The translations under genes and the position numbers were made by a program. A stretch of 64,000 nucleotides of DNA from a virus (Duplodnaviria > Caudoviricetes). Of the stretch, positions 25,533-36,863 are shown in pieces. The notes beneath the pieces are model-generated. The model was given only the letters and a program-made list of their open reading frames with translations. It was not told the DNA's origin and did not search any database. Every line of letters begins with the position of its first letter. Within the stretch, counting starts at the first letter, position 1. The DNA lies in the IMG/VR virus record IMGVR_UViG_3300028886_000028, positions 256,001-320,000 of that record, one strand, 5' to 3'.

Positions 25533-26927
25533 ATGAATAACTCAAACGATGTAAAGGCCAATGGCCAAGAGAAAGAAACTGCCGTTGTAAACGGCGAAAA
25601 AGTCAACACTACAACTGGTGAGGTTCTTGGTAAGGCTGCTGAGAATAAAGCAGAAAAAAATGGCGCGACAGAAAAACGTCCTATGACTGAAAAAGAGGCC
25701 CGTGAGTATATTGCAAGCCTTCCTTTTAAGCACATTGATGTTAAAGAACTTTATGAGGTTATGCAAGTGCCATCTTGTAGTAAATACGAGTTCCGTATGG
25801 CAGCTTACATTATTTTATGGGCACGTAGAAATGGCGTAGACTACAAGTTTGATAAAAAAGGAAATGTGTATCTTACAAAAGGTACTCTTTCGGAAGGAGA
25901 ATTTTATCCCTGTGTCACTTCACATATGGACACGGTACAAGACAAATCTAAGCCTTTTGCATTGGCTGGTGCGGAATTACCTCTTCGTACAAGAAGAGTA
26001 AAATCTACCACTACTGATGAATGCCGCCACGAAATTTATATTGATGGCCAAGGAATAGGTGCAGACGATAAACTGGGAGTTTACATATCTTTGCAAATTG
26101 TAAAGAATGTTGAAAAATGTAAAGCGGCATTTTTTGTTGAAGAGGAAATTGGAATGCAAGGCAGTAAAGAACTTGACAAAGAATTCTTCAATGATGTTGC
26201 GTATGTAATTGGTTGGGACTCTCCAGACCTTTTACGAGCCGCTTGGAAATGCAGTGGCACTCAGTTGTTTACCAGCGATTTTTATAAAAGCCACCTTAAA
26301 CCTGTCGTCTCAAAATGGGGATTCACAGACAAATGCTTCCATTCAGAGCCGTTCACTGACGTAGTTAATATTCGTGAAAAAACAGGCGTTATATGTATGA
26401 ACTTTGGTAATGGCGGTTATCAAGCGCATTCTTCCACTGAATATCTGGTAATAGAGCATGTTGACCACGCTCTTGGAATGGGTTTGGACATTATCAAAAC
26501 GATTGGTAATAAGGAGCAGTTTAAGTTTACTAAAACATATAACAGAACTGGTGTAGGTGTTACGTCCTCATACGAAGATGAAAGAGAATGCGAAAAAATG
26601 TTCAGCACATATATCGGTAGTACTTATGGAACTAGTACCACACGCACCTCTACAGCATCAAGCACAGCTAGTTCAACTAACCGTTCAGATGGTTATGTGA
26701 ACAAAGCGCCTAATGAAGACGCTATTAATGAAGAAACCGTTAAATACATTGTAGACACATATGATGAATATGTTAACGGAATTAAGGCTGAGATTGAAAA
26801 GAAATGCAATGTTATTGAAGACTTGATTAAAGACAAGTTCCGTGAGGTTGGCATTGATTATAGCACTTTTGATGTCAATATCAAAAAAGAGTTGTCAGAA
26901 GTTTTCAGCAATGAAATAAAATTCTAA
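25533..26927 (+). CDS. M20/M28-type zinc peptidase
   Basis: SHMDTV, GIGADDKLG, EEEIG, YQAH ligand motifs. Confidence 0.85.
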   Translation: MNNSNDVKANGQEKETAVVNGEKVNTTTGEVLGKAAENKAEKNGATEKRPMTEKEAREYIASLPFKHIDVKELYEVMQVPSCSKYEFRMAAYIILWARRNGVDYKFDKKGNVYLTKGTLSEGEFYPCVTSHMDTVQDKSKPFALAGAELPLRTRRVKSTTTDECRHEIYIDGQGIGADDKLGVYISLQIVKNVEKCKAAFFVEEEIGMQGSKELDKEFFNDVAYVIGWDSPDLLRAAWKCSGTQLFTSDFYKSHLKPVVSKWGFTDKCFHSEPFTDVVNIREKTGVICMNFGNGGYQAHSSTEYLVIEHVDHALGMGLDIIKTIGNKEQFKFTKTYNRTGVGVTSSYEDERECEKMFSTYIGSTYGTSTTRTSTASSTASSTNRSDGYVNKAPNEDAINEETVKYIVDTYDEYVNGIKAEIEKKCNVIEDLIKDKFREVGIDYSTFDVNIKKELSEVFSNEIKF

Positions 26928-26940
26928 AATTTTTAAAAAA

Positions 26941-29418
26941 ATGATAGGGACAAAAGTAAAGGGTTTTCGCCATTTGATTAGAATGGCGAAAACCTTATCA
27001 GAAGTAGAATTTTTCTTTAAGCATGACATATTCCATATTGGGTGTGGAATTGCTTTGTACGTTAGTGCGGACAAAAGCAAAAATCCATATATGCCTAAAA
27101 ATGGGGATTATGTCATGATTTTTAATGAATCAGTATCTAATGTTAGGTATAATAGTTCATACCATTCAGATGATAGCATTGGAAAAAGAATCAAAGAAAT
27201 AGCAGAAAAATATCCTTATTTGTGGATAATAACAGTTGATAGAAAAAACTTCAATGATGATTACCACATGTTTTCTCAAATGCTCGCAGTTCCTAGCGAT
27301 TTCGAAGAAAAATATAGTGCGTTTTGCGAAGCTAATAAAAAGCAAATGCCTAATGCCACAAAATATGCTGACATCAATAGTGCGGCTCTGAGGTATTTTT
27401 TTGCTATAACAAACGGCTCTAAAAACTTTTTCTTTTGGGCTGTTAATGCATACTTCAAGCAAAATGTGTCTATTTTCTTGTTGGAAAAACTTATGATTTG
27501 GAATGATAACTATAATCAGTTATCAAACAAACTTAAAAAAGGTACTATTACTGGTTATACTAATGGGCGTGATATTTTCAATCTTGTGATTGAAATGTCT
27601 AAACTGAGGCGTAACAAAAGAGCAAATGACGTTATAAATATGTTCAACACCGCTCAGAAAAAGGCATTGAAGGGGTATAAACTTAATGATAGAGACTATG
27701 ACACTTTATCTAAATTTGGTAAAATGTCATGTAAGAAAAAAAATAATTTTATAAGAAAAATGTCAACTATAGAAGATGCTGCTGAAATTTTAAAACAGAT
27801 GTCTTTTTTAGCTGATATTCATTTCGAATGGAAAAAAGAGTCTCTACTTGAATTTATTAAAAATTCTGAAGGATTTAATTGCGATGTTGCTATTGATAAG
27901 GATGACATCATTTTGCTTAAAGTAAAAGATTACGAGACTGTCAAACGACTAGCAAAAACCACAAACTGGTGTATTTCAAAAGATAAGAAATACTGGAACG
28001 AATATGTGGAGAATAAGCGTAACGCCACTCAATATGTCTTGATGGATTTTTCCAAAAAAGAAGATGATAATTTATCTATTGTAGGATTCACATCAGTACA
28101 TGATAGAGGTATTACAAACGCACACGATTTCCAAAATAAAGACCTGATGAAAGGCAGAATGTCTAGCGCAGCTTCTGAAATAAAATCTTTTGTTTCAAAA
28201 TATATTGATTGCAGCAGTATATATGGTGTGCTAGATAAATATGGAATCAAATTGTCTGATGTGGTAACATATGAGCCGAATCAATATAAATGGAATAGAG
28301 AAAGTATGTTTGATTATCTTAATCAATGTATAGATGAAGATGATTATTACATAATTTATGATGATGGCGATAAAGTGGCATTTATTGCTGAAAATAGAAA
28401 TATTAGATATTTCCTTGGCGATGCTTATATTGATAACAGAAGGGGCGATGAATCTGATTATCAGCACATTATTTTTGCTGATTTTACAAAGAAAGCAACA
28501 GACCCTAATAAGTTAGTTTTTGGAATAATCACCCATGATTTTGATGAACACGAAAGCGCATGTGCTAGGCTATATAATGAGAGATATGAGCCAATACCTC
28601 AATCTTTCGATTCTAAATTAGAGGAATATGGTTTACCTTATGACATCATTTGTAGGCAAGAAGATGTGGTTGAAAGGTTTTATAATGCCATTTCTTCACT
28701 GGAACTTGCTACTGCAAAAGACCTCTTAAAGGACGAAAAAGTGAAAAAAGAGCTTCTTTCTTGTGATAGGGCTAATTTTGTCAGAGACTATATAGTTAAT
28801 GTAACTTTCGGGTATAATTCAGCAGATTACATTAATATGTTTTATGACTGCGGATATAGTCTTGTAGATATTATTGGTATAAGGAGTGCTTCTGATATAG
28901 CAAGGCGTATGTTGAACAATATAACAGCTACTGCTGTTAATTTTCCTAACTCTACAGCATTTGTGCCAACTTCTGAAGACATTAAGGAGTTCAATAATGG
29001 AAAGATAAACGATTATAACAAAGCTTTTTATATTGGCTATTTCTTAATGCTAATGAAGATGCTAGACAAAGAAAATAATAATGATTTTTTGTGTAGAGTA
29101 GTTCAAAATGTTTTCGAAAGGTCTGAAACGTCAGATGTCTTTGACTTAATAATGTCTAGGGTGTTTAACAAAATTGACGCTGAAACAAATTACGATGTTG
29201 GAAAATATGTTGTAACTTATGCTTTTGTCTATAATAGGCCTAGGGTTATTAATGTTATAAACTCTAAGAAAAAACTAGATGAAAGATTGGTACAAATAAT
29301 ATCTTCTAAAAAAGTAGATGTTAAGACCACAGAAATGTGGGTTAAAAATGGCGACGGCGTATATGTTATTGATGGAATAAATGAAGAAGCAGCAATTCAT
29401 TCGCCCAGACGTAGGTAA
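26941..29418 (+). CDS. Large hypothetical protein with WCI module
   Basis: TNWCISK...W.EY...QY.LMDFSK...IVGFT; paralog of 29575 and 43350. Confidence 0.8.
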   Translation: MIGTKVKGFRHLIRMAKTLSEVEFFFKHDIFHIGCGIALYVSADKSKNPYMPKNGDYVMIFNESVSNVRYNSSYHSDDSIGKRIKEIAEKYPYLWIITVDRKNFNDDYHMFSQMLAVPSDFEEKYSAFCEANKKQMPNATKYADINSAALRYFFAITNGSKNFFFWAVNAYFKQNVSIFLLEKLMIWNDNYNQLSNKLKKGTITGYTNGRDIFNLVIEMSKLRRNKRANDVINMFNTAQKKALKGYKLNDRDYDTLSKFGKMSCKKKNNFIRKMSTIEDAAEILKQMSFLADIHFEWKKESLLEFIKNSEGFNCDVAIDKDDIILLKVKDYETVKRLAKTTNWCISKDKKYWNEYVENKRNATQYVLMDFSKKEDDNLSIVGFTSVHDRGITNAHDFQNKDLMKGRMSSAASEIKSFVSKYIDCSSIYGVLDKYGIKLSDVVTYEPNQYKWNRESMFDYLNQCIDEDDYYIIYDDGDKVAFIAENRNIRYFLGDAYIDNRRGDESDYQHIIFADFTKKATDPNKLVFGIITHDFDEHESACARLYNERYEPIPQSFDSKLEEYGLPYDIICRQEDVVERFYNAISSLELATAKDLLKDEKVKKELLSCDRANFVRDYIVNVTFGYNSADYINMFYDCGYSLVDIIGIRSASDIARRMLNNITATAVNFPNSTAFVPTSEDIKEFNNGKINDYNKAFYIGYFLMLMKMLDKENNNDFLCRVVQNVFERSETSDVFDLIMSRVFNKIDAETNYDVGKYVVTYAFVYNRPRVINVINSKKKLDERLVQIISSKKVDVKTTEMWVKNGDGVYVIDGINEEAAIHSPRRR

Positions 29419-29574
29419 AATCCGTGTTGCAAGGTAAAATGCTTTACCTTGCAATATTTTAAAGAAAATTTGTTTAACGTTAATTAACTTAAATAATTTA
29501 TTTTTGTTGATTTTTTATTGTATATTTGCAGAGTTAAAAGTATTTTGAATCGTGAATAATAAAAAAATAAAAAA

Positions 29575-31656
29575 ATGTCAGAATTAAATTACTCTAAAAA
29601 GCAAATTCAGCCTTTGATTGAAAAGTATGCAATCAATCCTGAAACTAACACAACTTTTGCTAAAATCATCAAAATGTTTGATGGCCAGCCTAACTACCAA
29701 TTGTGGGGCGTTAAAGTTGTTTTTAGCAAAGCAGTAAGAATTGAGGAGCTAGAGGCAATCAAAAGCTGGGCTGATGAGAATCCTAGCCTCATTAAACTTC
29801 TTAGTAAGAATGGTAACATAATTTGTTACTCTAGTGCTACTGATATTATAACGCTACGTATAGAAACTGATGGCTTGAGCAAAATATCGTTTGTTAAGAA
29901 TATCATTAGTCGCTTCAACACAGACCAACGTAAGATTCTTACAGAAGTTATAGAGCCTGATAAATTAAACGGCCTTACTTGCCAAAAAAACGCCAAGTTT
30001 AATGAATGGTTTGATTTATTTACCAAATTCAATCGCCTTTCAGCCAGCACAAAAGCTAATGTGATTGGCCGTATGTCAGCAGTAAGGGACGCTAATGAAA
30101 TTAAAAATTTGCTTAAGCAGTCACTAAAAGAAAAATATGCGTGGAATAAAGAGGACTTACTTTCTTTCGTTTCCAACAACACTCCAAAGTGTAATGTGAT
30201 TTTTAATGATAAGGATGTGGTCATTCTTGATGTTACTAGTTACAACGATTCTAACACTCTTTGCTATGGACGTACATCTTGGTGTATCACATCTTCAGAA
30301 AGTCAGTGGAAGAACTACGTATCAAGTAAGGGTAATAAGCAGTACTTCTTATTTGACTTCTCTAAGCCAGAAAGCGATGAACTTGCTCATATTGGGTTTA
30401 CTGTAAACGACTCTATTGGATTCCATGCTGCTCATTCAAAGAGTGACGGTAATTTGATGAATTCGGGTATAAGTTACCACGGAAAGCATGTTAATATTCA
30501 GCAAGCACTGATTAAGGCTGGCGTTAAACTTGGAACGTTCCTAAAATTAAAGAGAAACAACAATTTTAAATGGGATGAAAAATCTCTTATTAAATTTGTT
30601 GAGGAACATAATAGTGATTTGGCTATAGCATACTCAAAAGGAGGCCGCATTATTGTCAATGCACTTACAAGTCAGGGATTTAACTATCTTTGTTCTCATA
30701 GCTTTATTAAAGTCTCAACAATGCCAATAACGGCAGAAACTAAGTGTTATGTGCTGTTCGATTTTAATTTGGATTCTAACGATGACAAATGCATAGTTGT
30801 AGTATATTACAAAAAGGATAACTACAAAATTGACACTCTCAACCAGTCTTGGGATGCCTATGGCACAAACCTTAAAGATGAGAAGTATTTATCAAAACTT
30901 GGTATCAAGACTGACGAGTATCTTAACAGAGAAGAAGTCAATCCTAGCATATTGCTTCACAAACTAATTGATGAAGGCGATGAGGAAGGGGCAATTGAAC
31001 TTATTGATAACAACAAAGAAGTTGATGTCAACTATGTGTTTAACGAAAGACGCCCTATTTTCAGTGCTATTGATGCTAAAATGCATAGGGTTGTTGGTAA
31101 AATCATCATAAACGACAAGTTTGACAGTAATGTTGATGATGGCTTTGGAGAGTCATTGATTCAGAACTTGCTTTACACTTATTATCTTGATGAAACCAAT
31201 AAGCTCAAGCCAGGTAACGAAGCAAATGTAAAAGAAATGATAAATGCCATTGTTGATAGCGGTAAATTTGATTTGAACTTCATTGATGATAACGATGATA
31301 CAGCAATCAACATTGCTTGCACTGATTCTAAAATGAATTGGTTGGTCGAAAAGCTTTCAGCACGTAAAGACATTCTTGTCAATTGCGTTAATGATATTGG
31401 ATGGACAGCACTTGGTAATGCTATTCGCCACAAAAATGTTGAGGCTATTAGAATACTTGGAAAACGTCCAGACCTTGAAATCCGTGAACGAGACATGGAA
31501 TTGGCAAGTAAACTTGGTATAGACCTTAATAAGCTTATCAAGCCAGAACCCTTCAATGAGGTTACTGAAACAAAAGTTGGAGATACAGTTGTTACCGCAG
31601 AAGTGGCTGATGCTGATAAATACAACGAGATTTTCAAAAAGGTGTTTTCAGTATAA
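29575..31656 (+). CDS. WCI-module protein with C-terminal ankyrin repeats
   Basis: TSWCIT; VDVN...RPIFSAI, DTAINIAC, GWTALGNAI. Confidence 0.8.
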   Translation: MSELNYSKKQIQPLIEKYAINPETNTTFAKIIKMFDGQPNYQLWGVKVVFSKAVRIEELEAIKSWADENPSLIKLLSKNGNIICYSSATDIITLRIETDGLSKISFVKNIISRFNTDQRKILTEVIEPDKLNGLTCQKNAKFNEWFDLFTKFNRLSASTKANVIGRMSAVRDANEIKNLLKQSLKEKYAWNKEDLLSFVSNNTPKCNVIFNDKDVVILDVTSYNDSNTLCYGRTSWCITSSESQWKNYVSSKGNKQYFLFDFSKPESDELAHIGFTVNDSIGFHAAHSKSDGNLMNSGISYHGKHVNIQQALIKAGVKLGTFLKLKRNNNFKWDEKSLIKFVEEHNSDLAIAYSKGGRIIVNALTSQGFNYLCSHSFIKVSTMPITAETKCYVLFDFNLDSNDDKCIVVVYYKKDNYKIDTLNQSWDAYGTNLKDEKYLSKLGIKTDEYLNREEVNPSILLHKLIDEGDEEGAIELIDNNKEVDVNYVFNERRPIFSAIDAKMHRVVGKIIINDKFDSNVDDGFGESLIQNLLYTYYLDETNKLKPGNEANVKEMINAIVDSGKFDLNFIDDNDDTAINIACTDSKMNWLVEKLSARKDILVNCVNDIGWTALGNAIRHKNVEAIRILGKRPDLEIRERDMELASKLGIDLNKLIKPEPFNEVTETKVGDTVVTAEVADADKYNEIFKKVFSV

Positions 31657-31680
31657 TATAGATACAATTTCATAAAAAAT

Positions 31681-31720
31681 AAGCACTGTTAATAATAGTT
31701 AACGGTGCTTATTTTTTTTA
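31681..31720 (+). terminator. Intrinsic terminator
   Basis: AAGCACTGTTAA/TTAACGGTGCTT plus T run. Confidence 0.75.
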
Positions 31721-31805
31721 TTTTTCATTATTTTTTTTTAATTATTTTTTGTATATTTGTAGAAAATAGTTAAAAAATGTATTAACCAAAATTATTGAAT
31801 GAATT

Positions 31806-33209
31806 ATGAATACTTATTCTTTAGAAAACGTTAGCAATATTTTTGTTCTTGGAAGCTGCAATGGAGATTTAAAAAGATGTTTCGATAATATTAAAAATGG
31901 GTTATCAATTAAAGATGGCGATGAAGATAAGCCACACCCAAAAGAAATTGAAAGGTTGGCAAGAAAGGCTGCTAAAGAGCAACAGATGCTTGATGAAATA
32001 CGTAGAGGTATGCCACACGGTATTGAAGCATATAATACTCGTGATGCTATTACCACAGAACAATTGTACAAAACTTTCAAAGCATCAAAAAAAAGTAACA
32101 AATATAATTTGTATTCTAATTCTGTATTTATTATAACAGGAGATTGCGGAATTGGTATTAAACAACCAAAATATTATGAAGAATTGTTTGATAAATTTAA
32201 TAATATATTATCTTATAATAATTCATTTATAATATTAATTAGAGGTAATTATGACGACCCTGCTTATTTTGATGGAGCGAAAATTAACTTTTCTAACATA
32301 AAAGCAGTACCAGACTATTCAGTTATATCAGCCAATGGTAAAAATATACTTTGTGTTGGAGGCGCAATATCTATTGATAGAACTTGGAAAATAAAGCAAG
32401 AGGAAAGAATCAATAGATTTAGTACTGATAAAAAGAAAAATATCTATTGGGAAGCTGAACGCCCTGTGTTTAACGAAGGCGCAATTAAAGAATTAGCGAA
32501 TATGTTAAACATAGATTATGTTGTTTCTCATAGTGCCCCATCGTTTGTTATGCCAGAATTATGCTTTGGTTTTGAGGAATGGTCTGAATACGATAAAAGT
32601 TTGGCTGAAGATATTCAATCTGAAAGGAAAACTTTAGATAAAGTGTTTGAAACTTTAAGAGATTGCAATATGAAACCAAAATATTGGGTGTATGGACATT
32701 TCAATTTAAGTAACATTGAAAAACGTTCAGATACAATATTTAGAAGTTTACAAAACGGATTTTGCCCTATTTTGATTGAAACTGATATTATTTCATTCAT
32801 GCAAAATGAAGAAGAAAAAAAGAAAAAGAAAACTATTAAAAAAGCAATAAAAAAGATGCATGAAAGTAATGATGTTCATATAGAAATGCCGGAAATAGGC
32901 CGTGAAATTCGTCGTGAAGAGGATAATCCTTTTAATGATGTAGAGGATTTTCTAGACGAGTTTGATATAGCAGGTGCCGTTGGTGACCGCCGAGAGAATG
33001 CCCCTGAAATAATAGTAAACAATGCGGAAACTAGAGAAGTATATACAGAACGTATACGAAGAGGACTTGATGAATTAATTAGAAACCGTCGTAACGAACA
33101 TACAAATCCATATGCACTTAATGCACTTAATGCGACAATTCCAACGTTTACAACGCCAGTTAATGCTATTAATGTTGGCCCTACAGTAACTTTTACAAAC
33201 GGTATATAA
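31806..33209 (+). CDS. Calcineurin-like metallophosphoesterase, degenerate active site
   Basis: GSCNG (for DxH), GDCG, RGNYD, HSAP, YGHF. Confidence 0.7.
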   Translation: MNTYSLENVSNIFVLGSCNGDLKRCFDNIKNGLSIKDGDEDKPHPKEIERLARKAAKEQQMLDEIRRGMPHGIEAYNTRDAITTEQLYKTFKASKKSNKYNLYSNSVFIITGDCGIGIKQPKYYEELFDKFNNILSYNNSFIILIRGNYDDPAYFDGAKINFSNIKAVPDYSVISANGKNILCVGGAISIDRTWKIKQEERINRFSTDKKKNIYWEAERPVFNEGAIKELANMLNIDYVVSHSAPSFVMPELCFGFEEWSEYDKSLAEDIQSERKTLDKVFETLRDCNMKPKYWVYGHFNLSNIEKRSDTIFRSLQNGFCPILIETDIISFMQNEEEKKKKKTIKKAIKKMHESNDVHIEMPEIGREIRREEDNPFNDVEDFLDEFDIAGAVGDRRENAPEIIVNNAETREVYTERIRRGLDELIRNRRNEHTNPYALNALNATIPTFTTPVNAINVGPTVTFTNGI

Positions 33210-33231
33210 ACAATTTGTTAATTAAAAAATA

Positions 33232-33999
33232 ATGGCAGGAAGTAAGTTTTTATCTGTTATGGTTGTGGGAGACAATCCAGAACAGTTAATGGAAAAATAT
33301 GACAAATCATTAAAAGTAAAACCATACATAAAATATAGATACTTAGATGCAAAAAAAATGAAAGAAAATTCATTAAAGATGCTATCAGAAATAACAAATA
33401 AACCTGAAAAGTTTACTCTTAGCAAATTCCAAGTAGATTATTTTAAAGAAAGGTTAAAAGCCATTAATGCAATGTCATCTTTCGAATATTATAGGACTAT
33501 TACAGAAGGAATGCATTATGACGAAAATGGTGATGCATTAACTGATATTAACCCAAATGGAAAGTGGGACAAATATAATATTGGGAAAAATTTTTCTTAC
33601 CCTTTAAAACTTAAAAATGGGAAAGAAGCATACCAAGCATATGCCAAAGATATTAACTGGGATGATATGCACATGAATAACGAATATGTTAAACTATTCG
33701 AAACAATATGGGCATTAGTAATAGATGATGATGACCCGTCTACGCAAGATGAAAAATCTCTTAAAGAAAACTGGATTACTAAAAAAAATTATTTATCCAA
33801 TTTCAAAACAGTTGATGATTTCGTTTCTCACAATTGTGCTTATTGGAATTATGCTTTTTTAAATAGTGATGGCTGGGTTGATATGGATGATGAAATTAAT
33901 GAATCAAAATGGATAAGTAATTTTTTCGAAAGGTTTATAGAACCATTAAAAGATGATGATTTAGTCACAATATATGAATATTGTATAACAAATGAATGA
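33232..33999 (+). CDS. Hypothetical phage protein
   Basis: 255-aa ORF, NPNGKWD motif. Confidence 0.75.
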   Translation: MAGSKFLSVMVVGDNPEQLMEKYDKSLKVKPYIKYRYLDAKKMKENSLKMLSEITNKPEKFTLSKFQVDYFKERLKAINAMSSFEYYRTITEGMHYDENGDALTDINPNGKWDKYNIGKNFSYPLKLKNGKEAYQAYAKDINWDDMHMNNEYVKLFETIWALVIDDDDPSTQDEKSLKENWITKKNYLSNFKTVDDFVSHNCAYWNYAFLNSDGWVDMDDEINESKWISNFFERFIEPLKDDDLVTIYEYCITNE

Positions 34000-34075
34000 T
34001 TTAACATTATTTAACGTGGAATATTTGTATGTTCCACGTTTTTTTTGTATCTTTGCAAAAAATATATAATTAAAT

Positions 34076-35071
34076 ATGGAAAAAAATACGCACGAATTAA
34101 AACTACTTCGCCATAGGTTTTGTGAAGATAGTGGCGCACCAATTCAGGTGCTTCAAGACCCTTATTTTACGCAAAGATTGGGACTGTTTGAAAAAGAATT
34201 CAACACCATGACAGACTATAAAAGTTATGTAAATTACGTTGAAAATGCTTTCAATGGAAACATACAAGAATATCTTGAATTTTACCATTCTTTACGCGAT
34301 AAAATAATTAATGACGTGTCTAATTCTAAAGCATTTAGAGATTTTTGTGATGATGATACTATAACAAGGGAAATAAGGGATTACAAACCAATTATAGGTA
34401 ATCGTGATTTATATACTCAGGAACAGATAAAAGAAGGTGACAACTGTTTTTTATCTTTGGATTTGAAAAAGGCTAATTTCCAAACACTTAGGTGGATTAA
34501 CCCGGCAATTTTGTATGATTGCGATACATATGAGCAATTCATTGGAAGGTATACCGATATGGAATGGGCAGCTAAATCAAAGAGAACAAGAGAAATAATT
34601 TTCGGCAAACTGAACCCTAATAGGACAATGAAATATGAAAAGGTAATAATGGGTGTAGTTGAAAACTATATTCGAAAAACTGTTATTACTGACTATTTCG
34701 ACTTATTTTCTCTTAACTCTGACGAATTGATTTACAAACTTAAACCAGGTTTATCTTTTGAAGATGCCATTAAAGCAGTATCATCATTAGTTACAGAAGA
34801 TAATTTACACGCCAATCTTAGCCTACACATTAGAATCGAGTTTTTTAAACTTATTGGCTATCATTTCAAGACAGTAAACTCTGATAAAATAATGAATGTG
34901 TTCGTCAAAGAGCATCATAACGGTAAAAAAACATACAAGTGTGCAAACGAAATTTATTTTCCTCAAACTTATAAATTAATTAATGGCATTGAAATAAACG
35001 ATGATGACTTGGCGTTTTATTTTGATAAAACAGAAATAGCTAGGTTTTTCAATCCAATTAAAATGGTATGA
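34076..35071 (+). CDS. Hypothetical protein with polymerase palm-like motifs
   Basis: SLDLKKANF and NSDELI. Confidence 0.6.
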   Translation: MEKNTHELKLLRHRFCEDSGAPIQVLQDPYFTQRLGLFEKEFNTMTDYKSYVNYVENAFNGNIQEYLEFYHSLRDKIINDVSNSKAFRDFCDDDTITREIRDYKPIIGNRDLYTQEQIKEGDNCFLSLDLKKANFQTLRWINPAILYDCDTYEQFIGRYTDMEWAAKSKRTREIIFGKLNPNRTMKYEKVIMGVVENYIRKTVITDYFDLFSLNSDELIYKLKPGLSFEDAIKAVSSLVTEDNLHANLSLHIRIEFFKLIGYHFKTVNSDKIMNVFVKEHHNGKKTYKCANEIYFPQTYKLINGIEINDDDLAFYFDKTEIARFFNPIKMV

Positions 35072-35361
35072 AATTACATAGATATACGAAAAGTTTTATT
35101 AGATTATTAAAAGAAGAAAAATTATATAATGCATTTTTAAATGGAGTAAGGAGAAGATATATCACTCATAAGCCATTAAAAATGATTAATAATTTAATAT
35201 TACTTAATGCATCAAATATTTCAAAAAAGTATTATTTATCTAGTTTAGTAGATATGTGCTTTTCGTGGGATAGTGGCATAATTTCAGAAGACGAATTTGA
35301 ACGCATTTTTTACGAAGCAACAAAAGCACAAGAAGATTTAAAATATTGTAATCATGAATGA
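35068..35361 (+). CDS. Hypothetical protein, FLKE family
   Basis: FIRLLKE...CFSW. Confidence 0.65.
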   Translation: MKLHRYTKSFIRLLKEEKLYNAFLNGVRRRYITHKPLKMINNLILLNASNISKKYYLSSLVDMCFSWDSGIISEDEFERIFYEATKAQEDLKYCNHE

Positions 35362-36775
35362 GTTATTAAAAATAAACGATAGTAAATACATTAAGCTTAT
35401 AGATAGAATTAAAGAACTAATCAAAGGTAGCATTTTTGAGAATAAAGTGTATATCGTTGGCGGCTTTGTGCGTGATGCTATTTTAGGTAAGCCTATTAAA
35501 GACATTGATTTGGTTATAGAAGCCCCTGATGGCGGAATAGGCTTCGCTTCTTGGCTAGCTTTTCATACAGGATGCCACATTAACGGTAAAAATCCTTGCA
35601 TTTTTCCCACATATGGCACGGCTAAACTACAGATATATTCTGACCCTGAAATATCTGACATAGAAATAGAATGCGTACAAACCAGAAAAGAAAAATATGA
35701 TAAAAACTCAAGAAACCCTTCTACTGTTTATGGAACAATACAAGAAGACGCCATGAGACGTGACCTTACAATCAATGCATTATATTACAATATTAGCACT
35801 GATGAAGTATGCGATTATACAAAAATGGGGCTTGATGATATTAAAAATCACGTAATACGTACCACTGGTGACGCTAATATGATATTTGATGATGACCCTC
35901 TTAGAATATTAAGGGTCATCAGGTTCTCGACAAGACTAGGATGGAAAATAGAAAAAAATACTTGGTTGGGTATGATTATGAATTCAAAAAGAGTTAGCAT
36001 ACTTACTCAAGAAAGAGTCACAGACGAAATTAATAAAATACTACTTAGCGATAATCCTAGTGATGCTATAAGAATGCTTGATAGGTGTAATGTGTTACGT
36101 AAAATATTTCCTTCATTGGACATGAGTAAACACGTTTATCAAGATTTAAGGCCACTACGTACACTTTATGAACATGTATTGGAAACCCTAGATAAAACTC
36201 CAAAAGTCCTTGAAACGCGATTGGCAGCATTATTTCACGATATTGGCAAGTTGAAAACATATGAAAAAGGCTTTCTATACCATTCTCAAATAGGGGCTGA
36301 TATGGCAGAAGAAGTCATGAAAGCCATGAAATATTCTAATGCTACAATTTCAACTGTTAAAAAGGCGATAGAAGTGCATGATGATTTTTCATCTTATATG
36401 TCAAATTCTATTCCTCGCCCTGCTGTTATAAGGAAATTCGTTGCTAAATTTGATGGAAACGATAATGACTTGAATGTGGCTTTAGATTTAATTCACGCCA
36501 ATAACATTACACAAATGTATGGCAAAAAAATAAAGTTGGTTCCTGGTATTCGTAAAAAAATTGAAGAACTTGATAAAAAAAGCAAAGCAGAAAGTGGCAA
36601 AAAAATAGAAATACCATTATCAGGAAAAGATATAATGGCAGAATTCAATTTAAGGCCAGGCCCTGTGATTGGAACTATTATGGCTAAAATAAAAAGCAAA
36701 GTCATTGAAAATCCATACGTCACAAAAGAAGAACTCTTTAAATATGTTGAAGATTATATTAAAAAGGTTGCTTAA
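35354..36775 (+). CDS. cca: CCA-adding tRNA nucleotidyltransferase with HD domain
   Basis: VGGFVRD...DID, RRDLTINA, DDPLRILR, ERV.DE, LFHDIGK. Confidence 0.92.
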   Translation: MNELLKINDSKYIKLIDRIKELIKGSIFENKVYIVGGFVRDAILGKPIKDIDLVIEAPDGGIGFASWLAFHTGCHINGKNPCIFPTYGTAKLQIYSDPEISDIEIECVQTRKEKYDKNSRNPSTVYGTIQEDAMRRDLTINALYYNISTDEVCDYTKMGLDDIKNHVIRTTGDANMIFDDDPLRILRVIRFSTRLGWKIEKNTWLGMIMNSKRVSILTQERVTDEINKILLSDNPSDAIRMLDRCNVLRKIFPSLDMSKHVYQDLRPLRTLYEHVLETLDKTPKVLETRLAALFHDIGKLKTYEKGFLYHSQIGADMAEEVMKAMKYSNATISTVKKAIEVHDDFSSYMSNSIPRPAVIRKFVAKFDGNDNDLNVALDLIHANNITQMYGKKIKLVPGIRKKIEELDKKSKAESGKKIEIPLSGKDIMAEFNLRPGPVIGTIMAKIKSKVIENPYVTKEELFKYVEDYIKKVA

Positions 36776-36863
36776 CAAAGGCAACCTTTTTTTTATCTAA
36801 ACTATTTATTGTTAAAAATAAGTTTGTCCATTAAGGCAAAAAATGCATAACTAGTTTTAAAAG

